Origin: the human T2T-CHM13v2.0 reference genome, Homo sapiens
Assembly: GCF_009914755.1 (NCBI RefSeq)
Contig: NC_060926.1
Direction: 5' to 3' (one strand)
Length of the DNA stretch: 64,000 nt
Shown in pieces: positions 26,225 through 39,203 of the stretch. The translations under genes were made by a program, and so were the position numbers. The stretch's first letter is position 1. Each line of letters starts with the position of its first letter. A model generated the notes under the pieces. That model was not told where the DNA came from. It made no database searches and worked only from the letters and a program-made list of their open reading frames with translations.

Positions 26225-29090
26225 CCCACTGCTCCTGAACACCCCCACTGTACTTCCCACTGCTCCTGAACACCCCCACTGTACTTCCCACTGCTCCTGA
26301 ACACCCCCACTGTACTTCCCACTGCTCCTGAACACCCCCACTGTACTTCCCACTGCTCCTGAACACCCCCACTGTACTTCCCACTGCTCCTGAACACCCC
26401 ACTGTACTTCCCACTGCTCCTGAACACCCCCACTGTACTTCCCACTGCTCCTGAACACCCCCACTGTACTTCCCACTGCTCCTGAACACCCCCACTGTAC
26501 TTCCCACTGCTCCTGAACACCCCCACTGTACTTCCCACTGCTCCTGAACAACCCCACTGTACTTCCCACTGCTCCTGAACAACCCCACTGTACTTCCCAC
26601 TGCTCCTGAACACCCCCACTGTACTTCCCACTGCTCCTGAACACCCCCACTGTACTTCCCACTGCTCCTGAACAACCCCACTGTACTTCCCACTGCTCCT
26701 GAACAACCCCACTGTACTTCCCACTGCTCCTGAACACCCCACTGTACTTCCCACTGCTCCTGAACACCCCACTGTACTTCCCACTGCTCCTGAACACCCC
26801 CACTGTACTTCCCACTGCTCCTGAACACCCCCACTGTACTTCCCACTGCTCCTGAACACCCCCACTGTACTTCCCACTGCTCCTGAACACCCCCACTGTA
26901 CTTCCCACTGCTCCTGAACACCCCCACTGTACTTCCCACTGCTCCTGAACACCCTACTGTACTTCCCACTGCTCCTGAACAACCCCACTGTACTTCCCAC
27001 TGCTCCTGAACAACCCCACTGTACTTCCCACTGCTCCTGAACAACCCCACTGTACTTCCCACTGCTCCTGAACAACCCCACTGTACTTCCCACTGCTCCT
27101 GAACACCCTACTGTACTTCCCACTGCTCCTGAACACCCCCACTGTACTTCCCACTGCTCCTGAACACCCTACTGTACTTCCCACTGCTCCTGAACAACCC
27201 CACTGTACTTCCCACTGCTCCTGAACAACCCCACTGTACTTCCCACTGCTCCTGAACAACCCCACTGTACTTCCCACTGCTCCTGAACACCCCACTGTAC
27301 TTCCCACTGCTCCTGAACACCCCACTGTACTTCCCACTGCTCCTGAACACCCCCACTGTACTTCCCACTGCTCCTGAACACCCCCACTGTACTTCCCACT
27401 GCTCCTGAACACCCTACTGTACTTCCCACTGCTCCTGAACACCCCCACTGTACTTCCCACTGCTCCTGAACACCCCACTGTACTTCCCACTGCTCCTGAA
27501 CAACCCCACTGTACTTCCCACTGCTCCTGAACAACCCCACTGTACTTCCCACTGCTCCTGAACACCCCACTGTACTTCCCACTGCTCCTGAACACCCCAC
27601 TGTACTTCCCACTGCTCCTGAACACCCCACTGTACTTCCCACTGCTCCTGAACAACCCCACTGTACTTCCCACTGCTCCTGAACACCCCCACTGTACTTC
27701 CCACTGCTCCTGAACACCCCACTGTACTTCCCACTGCTCCTGAACACCCCACTGTACTTCCCACTGCTCCTGAACAACCCCACTGTACTTCCCACTGCTC
27801 CTGAACACCCCACTGTACTTCCCACTGCTCCTGAACACCCCACTGTACTTCCCACTGCTCCTGAACAACCCCACTGTACTTCCCACTGCTCCTGAACACC
27901 CCACTGTACTTCCCACTGCTCCTGAACACCCCACTGTACTTCCCACTGCTCCTGAACACCCCCACTGTACTTCCCACTGCTCCTGAACACCCCCACTGTA
28001 CTTCCCACTGCTCCTGAACACCCTACTGTACTTCCCACTGCTCCTGAACACCCCCACTGTACTTCCCACTGCTCCTGAACACCCCACTGTACTTCCCACT
28101 GCTCCTGAACAACCCCACTGTACTTCCCACTGCTCCTGAACAACCCCACTGTACTTCCCACTGCTCCTGAACACCCCACTGTACTTCCCACTGCTCCTGA
28201 ACACCCCCACTGTACTTCCCACTGCTCCTGAACAACCCCACTGTACTTCCCACTGCTCCTGAACACCCCACTGTACTTCCCACTGCTCCTGAACACCCCC
28301 ACTGTACTTCCCACTGCTCCTGAACACCCCCACTGTACTTCCCACTGCTCCTGAACACCCCACTGTACTTCCCACTGCTCCTGAACAACCCCACTGTACT
28401 TCCCACTGCTCCTGAACACCCCACTGTACTTCCCACTGCTCCTGAACACCCCCACTGTACTTCCCACTGCTCCTGAACACCCCACTGTACTTCCCACTGC
28501 TCCTGAACACCCCCACTGTACTTCCCACTGCTCCTGAACACCCCCACTGTACTTCCCACTGCTCCTGAACACCCCCACTGTACTTCCCACTGCTCCTGAA
28601 CACCCCACTGTACTTCCCACTGCTCCTGAACACCCCACTGTACTTCCCACTGCTCCTGAACACCCCACTGTACTTCCCACTGCTCCTGAACACCCCCACT
28701 GTACTTCCCACTGCTCCTGAACACCCCCACTGTACTTCCCACTGCTCCTGAACACCCCACTGTACTTCCCACTGCTCCTGAACACCCCCGCTGTACTTCC
28801 CACTGCTCCTGAACACCCCACTGTACTTCCCACTGCTCCTGAACACCCCCACTGTACTTCCCACTGCTCCTGAACACCCCACTGTACTTCCCACTGCTCC
28901 TGAACACCCCCACTGTACTTCCCACTGCTCCTGAACACCCCACTGTACTTCCCACTGCTCCTGAACACCCCACTGTACTTCCCACTGCTCCTGAACACCC
29001 CACTGTACTTCCCACTGCTCCTGAACACCCCACTGTACTTCCCACTGCTCCTGAACACCCTACTGTACTTCCCACTGCTCCTGAACACCC
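26225..29090. repeat. Homogeneous VNTR core, ~93 units of 30-31 bp (CCCACTGCTCCTGAAC[ACCCCC|ACCCC|AACCCC|ACCCT]ACTGTACTT)
   Basis: Unit-by-unit parse of the array. Confidence 0.98.
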
Positions 29091-30102
29091 CTGCTATATC
29101 CCCCACTGTTCCTGAACACCCCCCATTTCTCTTGAACTCACCCCTCCCTCACTGCTTCTGAACACGGCCACTGTACCCTGCACTGCTCTTGAACACTCTC
29201 CATTGTACCCTGACTACTCCTAAAAACACCTCACTGTACCCTTTACTGCTCCTGAACATCCTCCTACTATTTCCCCCACTGCTCCTGAGCACCCCCGCTG
29301 TATACTCACTGCTCCTGAGCACCCCACTGGATCAGTCACTGTTCCTGAACACCCCCACTGTACCCCCTACTGTTTCTGGTCACCCCTTCACTGCACCCCC
29401 ACTGCTTCTGAACACTCCCCACTATATACTCACTGCTCCTCAACATTTCTACTCTTCCCCCGACTGTTCCTGAAAACCTCTAACTGTACCACCTGCTGCT
29501 TCTGAACACCTCAACTGTACCCTCTACTGCTCACGAACACCCCCACACTATATCCCCCATTGCTCCTGAACACCCTCACTGTACCTCTCAGTGCTCCGGA
29601 ATATCCCCCACTGTAACCACTATCCCCAAATATCCCCCCACTGCTCCTGAACACCATTCGCCCTACCCCCAACTGCTTCTGAACACCCCACACTGTAATC
29701 ACCATTGTTCCTGAATATTGCCTCACTACTCCTAAACAGGCCTACTGTACCATCCGCTGCTCTTGAACACCCCTCACTCTATCCCCGACTACTCCTGAAC
29801 ATCCCCTCTGCTCCTGAACACCTACCCACTATATCATTAAGTGCTCCTGAACACCCCAGTACTCCTGAACACTCCACTGCTCCTGAACACTCCCTCTGTA
29901 CCCGTAGTGCTCCTGAACACTTCCCACTGTACCCACTAGTGCTCCTGAACATCCCCCACTACTCCTGAACAGCCCCACTATACCTCCTGCTGCTCCTAGA
30001 CACCCCCACTGTACCCCCTGCTCCTGAACACCCCACTGTACTCCTTACTGCCCTTGAACACACTCACTATTCCTGAACACCCCCCACTGTACCCCTCACT
30101 AC

Positions 30103-30392
30103 TTTTTTTTTTTTTTTTTTTTGGTGACAGAGTTTCACTCTATTGCCCAGGCTGGAGTACAGTGGCATGATCTTAGCTCTCCGCAACCCCCACTTCCCGG
30201 ATTCAAGTGATTTTCCTGCCTAAGCCTCCTGAGTAGCTGGGATTACAGGTGCACGCCACCACCCCTGGCTAAATTTTGTATTTTTAGTAGAGGCAGGATT
30301 TCACCATATTGGTTAGGCTGATCTCGAACTCCTCACCCTGTGATCCACCCACCTCGGCCTCCCAAAGTGTTGAGATTACAGGCGTGAGTCAC
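30103..30392 (-). mobile_element. AluS inserted in the degenerate minisatellite flank
   Basis: Poly-T plus antisense Alu; TSD acccctcactact/acccctcattact. Confidence 0.93.
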
Positions 30393-30999
30393 ACCCCTCA
30401 TTACTCTTGAGTACCCCCCACTATATGCCCCATCTATATCACTGTTGAACATCCCCATCTATATCACTCATGTACTTCTGTACACCCCTCACTGTACCAC
30501 TCATTGCTTCTGAGGCCCCTCCCCCATCATAATCTCCCCCTGGCAGTCAGTGCAGTTACCATTGCTATGCATGGCTGTCACTGCTAATCATTGATATGTG
30601 CTTTTGTATATCTGTCACTCATTTATGGTTTAGAGTCCCTGTAGAAGCCTTCAGTTGGCTAAGCTGAAGTCATATGTGCACACCCTCAATGCCAGAAGGT
30701 AGGAAGAGAGAAGATCTGTGTGTTGTGACTAGCTGTGCCCCTCCCACCACCAAGACTCCATGGTGGAGTCCAGGAACTAGGAAGGAGATTCACATGCTGC
30801 GTAGAAGAGAAAGAACCTGGTAAACACTCAGTGTTTCTGCATAAAGTGAATCATATTATTGCTCTTTGGATATATGTTTTCTGTTGGGTGATGTTTGAGG
30901 TGGTCTCAGGTCATTTTTCTCATGTACCTCTGTGGATAGTTAGTGATGGCCCAGTCCAAAATGTACACATATTTTTCTCAAAGAGGAGAGCAAAGTCTA

Positions 31000-31875
31000 T
31001 ATAGTCGTTCCTTGGTATCTGTGGGAGATTGGTTTCAGGACCTCCTTCAGACACCAAGATCTGAGGATGCTCAAGTCCCTCATATAAAATGGTGTAATAT
31101 TTGTCTCTAACCTAAGCACATCATTCTGTATACTTTAAATCAGTGATCCCCAATTTTTTTGACACCAGGGACTGGGTTCATGAAAGACAATGTTTCCATG
31201 CACCGGGGTGGGGAGATGGTTTTGAAATGATTCAAGTGTATTACATTTACGGTGCACTTATTTTCTATTATTATTACATTGTAATATATAAGGAAATAAT
31301 TATACAACTCATCCTAAAGTAGAATCAGTAGGAGCTCTGAGCTTGTTTTCCAGCAACTAGATGTTCTGTTCCATCTGGGGGTGATGGGAGACAGTGACAG
31401 ACCATCAGGCATTAGATTCTCATAAGGAGCACACAACCTGGATCCCTCACATGAGCAGTTCACAATAGAGTTCATGCTCCTATGAGAATCTAACGCTGCT
31501 GCTGATCTGACAGGAGGCAGAGCTCAGGCAGTAATGTGGGTGAAGGGGGGCAGCTGTAAATGCAGATGAAGCTTCCCTTTCTTGCTTGCTTGCCCTCGGC
31601 TCGCCTTCTGCTGTGCAGCCCAGTTCCTAACAGGCCACAGACCAGTCCCTGGCTGTGGCCTTGGGGCTGGGGACCCCTGCTTTAAACCATTTCTAGATTA
31701 CTTCTAATGACTAAAACAATGTAAATGCTATGTAAATAGTTCTTATACTGTATTTTTAAAGTCTGTATTTTTTTATTGTTGTATTGTTAGTTTTTCGTTT
31801 TTATTTTTTTGAGTATTTTTGGTCTGCTTCATTGAACCCACAGATGTGGAACCCATGGATATGGAGGGCCGGCCA
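31000..31875. mobile_element. MER2 (Tigger-derived), interrupted by MER1A
   Basis: tgctcaagtccctcatataaaatgg...ctttaaa|...|ccatttctagattac...acccatggatatggagggcc. Confidence 0.8.
31141..31679. mobile_element. MER1A (hAT-Charlie)
   Basis: TIRs cagtgatcccc/ggggacccctg; 8-bp TSD ctttaaat/ctttaaac. Confidence 0.85.
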
Positions 31876-32548
31876 CATTCCTTTTTATTAAGGTATATTA
31901 CAGAATGTATACACAAGTTTCCTTGGTTCCAAGAAACAGACTGATTCTAGCCAACTGAGAGAAAAAGGACTTATGGCTAGGAAACACTTGAGCTGCTCCT
32001 GGATCTGGAAAGCTAGTCAAGAAACAGGGTGGCTTTCGCAATGGTTTCTGTCTTTCAGGATGGATTTGGTCTTTTTCTCGTGGCTCACATGGGCTCTGTA
32101 ACTTGGCATCACTACTTCTCTCCTGCTTTGGCTGATTTCCTGCTCCAGCAACCTGGCTTGGATTTTGATTTGGTTCATTACTAATCGTTTGTTGGGTAGA
32201 AAGCCTCAAGGATCTTTGGCTAGGCTAAGGAATGAGCCTTGTGCACACACAGTTTATTCAATGACCACCTACCCATGCCCAAAGAATCACATAGAGCTGT
32301 TTTCCTGAACACCTTGATTAGAAAGGGCTTTTGGGTGTGGCAGACACCATGTCTCATCTGTGTCTGCTTTGAGGTCCCCTAATTGTGACCCAACTCCTCT
32401 CCCTGTCCTTGGGAAGTCATTGTCACTTTTTGGAAAATAAAGAAACCATTATTTAGTAAGGATTATGCATTGCATCTGCTATTATGCATTATATACCTTA
32501 TCTCAAAGAATCCTCACCTCCTCTCTCTGAGGTAGGCATTACTCCTAG

Positions 32549-33637
<1,089 letters not shown>

Positions 33638-33794
33638 AAATAGTGAGGTTTTCTTCATTATCCTTTGCAATATTTATCTGACTCTTTCATTCCAGTTTTT
33701 TCCACCTTTTTTTTCTGGGATGTCTTTATTAATTATTTCTTCAAATATTAGCTGCCTTCTGTTTTCCCTCTCCTTCTGAAATTTTTATTTTAGG

Positions 33795-34150
33795 CACTGG
33801 GTGCCATGCATGAAGTTTGTTGGGGGAGTGTCTTTGGAACAACACTTGGTAAGGAATGAAGAAAGAATTAGGCAGGGGCAGTGGCAGAATTTGCCACATC
33901 ACAGCCAAGGTCTGTCGATCTCACTGGGAGTAGGGATGGCCTCTTTGAATTGTTCTCAGTTAAGGCTCTACCAGTCATTGGATCCAGGCTGCCCTCAGGA
34001 GGGTGTCTGATTTTGGATGAAGCAGCTCTCTTCATCTAAACTGGAGAGGGACTCAACTGAGAGTTGGCAGTCACCAGTCCTCCCATTGAGGGAGTATTGA
34101 GGAAATGAGCACTTCATTACTTAAGGGGAAGAATCTGGGTCGGAGTTGGC
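33795..34150. mobile_element. Old ERVL LTR fragment (LTR33-like)
   Basis: accagtcattggatccaggctgccc motif. Confidence 0.4.
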
Positions 34151-34229
34151 TAACAACAGCCCATGTGCCAAACCCAGCCCACAGCCTGTTTTTGTTAAAA
34201 AAATTAAATAAATAAATAAATAAATAAAA

Positions 34230-34460
34230 GCTTACTTGGCGTGTCTGTCTTCACATAGCCTTTCCTCTGTTCATGTTTGTCTTTAACGTCTCCCCTCTTC
34301 TTATAAAGGCACCAGTTGTATTGGATTAGAACCCATCCTAATGATTTCATCTTGATTATATTTGCAGAGTCCCTATTTCCAAATAAGGTCATATTTACAG
34401 GTACCGGGGGTTAGGACTTCAACTTATATTTTGGGGGAGGGAACCACAATTAAATCCATG
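34230..34460 (-). mobile_element. MLT1/MST MaLR fragment
   Basis: ccctatttccaaataaggtcatatt...ggttaggacttcaac. Confidence 0.7.
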
Positions 34461-34964
34461 GGAGCCAGAAAATGTTTTCATTTGCCATTTAAGGAAACTT
34501 CTGTAAGGAAAAACCCCATATCCCTGTTGCAGGTGTGATGGTGAAGCAGGTGTGAGAGCTGAGCAGGCAGGAGTTGCACAAGTGATTCCCTTGTCTATTA
34601 CTTGAGTGGCCAGACACCAGGAGGCAGCAAGTAGATTTCTCCACCGCCTCTGACTACTGAAGCCCTGGGAGTTGCTTAAGCTTATCTACTAACCACCTTG
34701 ACAGGCTTGTAAAAATTTTGCAACATCATTCTTAAAAAAGAAAGAAAATCCAGCAGCCAGCAAACTGTCCATAACAGAGCCAAATGACTCACTGCCAGCA
34801 CTGCTCTACATGTTTTAGGAAGTCCTTATCATCTTTCCACCAACACATCCAATTATTTTCTAAAGCAGCTTTATTCCCAGAGGATGCGTTTATTTTTTGG
34901 TGTAATGGCATCTATCCCAAAAGTTAACCCCTGATGGTTACCAAGTGAGAGGTATCTCCAGAGG

Positions 34965-35177
34965 CATAATGGTCAGTGTTTAAAAACCAGCACTCCAAAA
35001 AGAAAAGCTGGGGTGGGGGGGATGTGCTGATATAGTCTTTGCCAATTTCCATGGTGTAAACACTCCCACAATGATTAATTTCAAACTACTAATGTGAAGT
35101 ACTGAACACAGAATTGAGAAGAGATATGTACAGTTAGCTTTCATGAGCTGATATGAAGCAACTTCAGCACATCACTG
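34965..35177. mobile_element. MER63-like element
   Basis: tttgccaatttccatggtgtaaa...cagcacatcactg. Confidence 0.5.
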
Positions 35178-35585
35178 AATATCTCAATATAGAGAGAAAG
35201 GAGTATGATTTGAGATGTACAGGGAAGACATTCTGGAGGAAGTAGGATTTGAAATGGACTTTGAAGGGTGGCTATCATTTGGTGGTATCTCTAGCATTAC
35301 ACAGCCAGCCACATCAGTTTGGCAATTTGCTTCTGTCCTACTAAGACTAAACTATGAGATTCCTGAGGGCAGAGAACGTGTTTTATTCATCATAGTAACC
35401 CTACAGTAGGTGTTTCACAAGTATTTGTTGAATGCAGGAATGGAAAATGAATAAATAGAGAGGGCAAAGGAATTTTAGGCAGAGGGGACATTCACGGTGT
35501 GGGTAGGACAGAGTGGGAAGGAATAAATGAACAGGAGGTTTTGGGTTCAGTGAGTGGTCCATACTTGGAGTATAGTGTTGGGACA

Positions 35586-36070
35586 TGTGGTATTTCAGTT
35601 ATTTATGGCTGTGTAACAAGCCATCAAAAATTTAATGCCTTAAAACATTAACACATTTGTTTTGCTCATAAATCTGGAATTTAAACAGGGCTCAACAGGA
35701 TCAGCTCATTCTGGTTCATATGGCATCGACTGGGGTGGCCTGAAGACTGAGGCTATAATCATATGAAGGCTTGCTCACTCATGAGCTGGGAAGACTCAGA
35801 GAGCTAGGGATTTGAATAGCTGAGGCACCTTGAATATCTGACTCTATGAGGGCTCCCTGCATGGTGTCTCCAGTATGGCAGCCTCAGGGCAACTGCAGTT
35901 TTTTGTACCAGCTCAGGGCTCCTGAGATGTATATCCTAAAAAGAGCAAACCAGGAAGAAGCTGTACCCTTTGGCTGACATACCCTTGGAAGTTACACAGC
36001 ATCACTACACCATAGCCCCTACTCAGATTCAAGGAGCGGAAACCCAGAATCCACTTCTCAGTGAGAAGAG
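35586..36070 (-). mobile_element. MLT1 (F/G-like) LTR
   Basis: atttatggctgtgtaacaagcc...ttggaagttacacagcatcact. Confidence 0.6.
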
Positions 36071-36297
36071 TGTGAGGAACATTGTAATAAGACCATTTGG
36101 GATGAAACACATTTTTTATATATGCGATATATACATATGCTATATATTTTCCATGTATAGTGTGTGTGTGTGTAAATACATTGGAGCGGCCACCATTGGA
36201 AAATATAATCTGCCACACATAGTAGATGGAAGGTTGAAAAGTTGGATGAGGCCAAATTGGAAGGGGTCTTGAATGTCTTAGTAAAGAGTTTGCTCTA

Positions 36298-36707
36298 AGA
36301 CATGGAACCAACCCAAATGCCCATCAATGATAGACTGGATAAAGAAAATGTGGCACGAATACACCATGGGATACTATGCAGCCATAAAAAGGAATGAGAT
36401 CATGTCCTTTGCAGGGACATGGATGAAGCTGGAAGCCATCATTCTCAGCAAACTAACACAGGAACAGAAAACCAAACACCACATGTTCTCACTCCTAAAT
36501 GGGAGTTGAACCGTGAGAACACACGAACACAAGGAGGGAAACATCACTCACTGGGGCCTGTTAGGGGGTAGGGGGCGTGAGTGGAGGGAACCTAGATGAT
36601 GGGTCAATAGGTGCAGCAAACCACCACGGTACACGTATATCTATGTAACAAACCTGCACCTTCTGCATATGTATCTCCGAGCTTAAAGTAAAATTTTTTT
36701 TTTAAGA
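36298..36707 (+). mobile_element. L1PA 3' end, 5'-truncated
   Basis: ORF2 C-terminus (WIKKMW...SFAGTWMKLEAIILSKL); TSD aaagagtttgctcta/aaagggtttgctcta. Confidence 0.93.
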
Positions 36708-36835
36708 AAAGGGTTTGCTCTATTTTTCCTCTAGAAGCAATTGGCATACTAGTTGCTGATCCTCCCCCAGGGTTCCACATATGTAGGTTCATCATCCCCA
36801 GCAGGTCTGCAAGACTAACAGGTAGCATCATCATG

Positions 36836-36982
36836 TCTTTTTATTTTATTTTATATTTTATTTTATTTGATGTGGTCTCACTATGTGTCCCAGCCTGGTC
36901 TCAAACTCCTGGGTTTAAGTCATCCTCTCGCCTCAGCCTCCCAAAGTGTTGGGATTACAGGTGTGACCCACTGCATCCAGCC
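36836..36982 (-). mobile_element. FLAM (free left Alu monomer)
   Basis: Single monomer with T-rich tail. Confidence 0.8.
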
Positions 36983-37016
36983 CTTAGAGATCTTTTGAAA
37001 AAAGAAACCTCCCTCT

Positions 37017-37331
<315 letters not shown>

Positions 37332-38989
37332 TCAGGGCTCTGCATTTGATAGCACCTCAGTACTTGAAATCCAAGTGTCTATTTGCCCAAGCAAATAATG
37401 ATGGCAAATCAGACCACACTGGACATGCTTCTTGCCTGTCTCCCAGCTGGCACAAACCTGCATCTCACTTGGGCAGGTGATAATGGGGTGGCCTGTGATG
37501 GGCTACACTGGTGACAGCACTGAGTATCAAAATTGTCAGAGCACATCTAGATTGACTCTGGGCTTATTGCCCAACAGCTCAAAGAAGAGGCCAAATCCAC
37601 CGTGTTGATTCTTGCTGAACACGTCACACCTAATGCTGATTCCATCTGCCAAGGGATGCTGGATCCAGACAGAATGCAATTTGCATTCACAGACCCCAAG
37701 GTGCTAGTCACTTCCATTCAAAATTGTGGCCTTTCTCTGCAGGGTCTCTATCTAGCCTGTTTGAAGAATTCGAGGTGAGGACACACTAATTGGCTTTGAC
37801 TGTTTTTCTGAGACACAGATGGGGAGAAGCTGCCACTGAGTTTTGGATGAGTGTCCTTCGTCTCTGTCCTCCATTCTTTGATGACTTCTCTCCTTGCAAC
37901 AGTGAGAAATTTGTTTCTGGCCATAAGGCAGTTGTTGGGAGGAATCCTGAGACAGTGTGCTCTTTCCCATATTTGTCAAACCACAGATGTTCCCCAATGG
38001 AGAGAAGATGGTTGCAGGAATACAGGGAAGACATTGTAATTAATACACAATCCTTCCTCTTGCTCCCGACTTGAAATGGTCTGCGTTCAAAAGTCTGGAA
38101 CTAAGAACACACATTTTCCCATAGAATAACAGTGCCAGGCCAGGCCCACAAATGCACATTTCATCTATAATGTGAGCTGAGAGAGAAAGGCAGACATCAA
38201 CCAGCAGACAGGTTGGCTCAGCCTAAGTGCTTGATGCAGCTACCTAAGCTGGTTCTGCCGTTCACAGTTTTTTTCCATTTCTGAAATTTGGAGCCCCACC
38301 AGAGATTTCTTAAAAGCTGCAAGCTCTAATGGCAAAGGCAATGAGGGTCTGAACACTGGAGTGGCTAGTGCTAAGTATATTCATTTGTAGGACAGGATCT
38401 GCTTGCACTTTAAAAAATAATGAACTGTGGCTTCAGGTAGCTGACTTCAGGAAATTGATGTGTTTTTAATTTGTTTGTTTGTTTGTTCGGTTTCTCAATG
38501 CACTAGAAAGTTTTCACAATGAAACCACTGAGATGGGGGGGTGGGAGTGGCAGGGATGATGCTGCTCCTTCTGAGGCCTGTCCAATAAGCTGATTAACTC
38601 CGTCGGCACACGCCCAGTGCTAACGCAATTAAGCTCACGCTTGCAATCCCCCTTAGAGTGGCCATTTCGTTTTGCGCTTAGAAAAAGTATCATAAGGCCA
38701 CAAACTATGTATTTAAGCAGGCCTCTTGCCACTTGTTTGCCACAGCTCTGCAAACAACCTGAAGCTTATACTGAGTGAAGATAAAGTTGGAGAATACAGA
38801 GTCCCTGTTGTTCAGTGAATTCTGTGTTAAGTGCTCTGTTTGGAAACAGGGAATTTTGCTGAATGAAACATCTTAACTGTAAGATTCCCTGTGTGTCATA
38901 CACCCATTCTCATTGTCAGAGATCAGGAATTTTGTTTCTCTTGTATCTAGCACTTTCTACAATTAACATACAAAGATATTAATTTGGCA

Positions 38990-39067
38990 ATTTCCTTCCT
39001 TCCTTGCTTCCTTCCTCCCTTCCTCCCTTCCTTCTTTCCTTCCTTCCTTCTTCCTTTCTTTTTCTTT

Positions 39068-39123
<56 letters not shown>

Positions 39124-39203
39124 TTCTTTCTTTCCTTCCTTCCTTCCTTCCTTCCTTCCTTCCTTCCTTCCTTCCTTCCTTCCTTCCTTCCTTCTTTTCT
39201 TTC
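38990..39203. repeat. Compound (TTCC)n/(TTTC)n microsatellite
   Basis: Direct inspection; sits at the L1 tail position. Confidence 0.97.

Larger units (their letters stand above)
25715..30510. repeat. Minisatellite region including degenerate flanks
   Basis: Recurring ccactg-ctcctgaacacccc-actgtac motif throughout, degenerate at both ends. Confidence 0.95.

Noticed and set aside
26225-29090. CRISPR-like array (30-31-bp repeats)
   Set aside because: Head-to-tail units with no unique spacers and no cas genes; it is a eukaryotic minisatellite
26225-29090. Steroid-receptor response element in each unit (TGAACA...TGTACT)
   Set aside because: Half-site spacing is 6-7 nt, not the 3 nt required for GRE/ARE
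26084-29106. Long 274-646-aa ORFs as protein genes
   Set aside because: By-product of a stop-poor repeat, open in all frames, with no ATG or splice context
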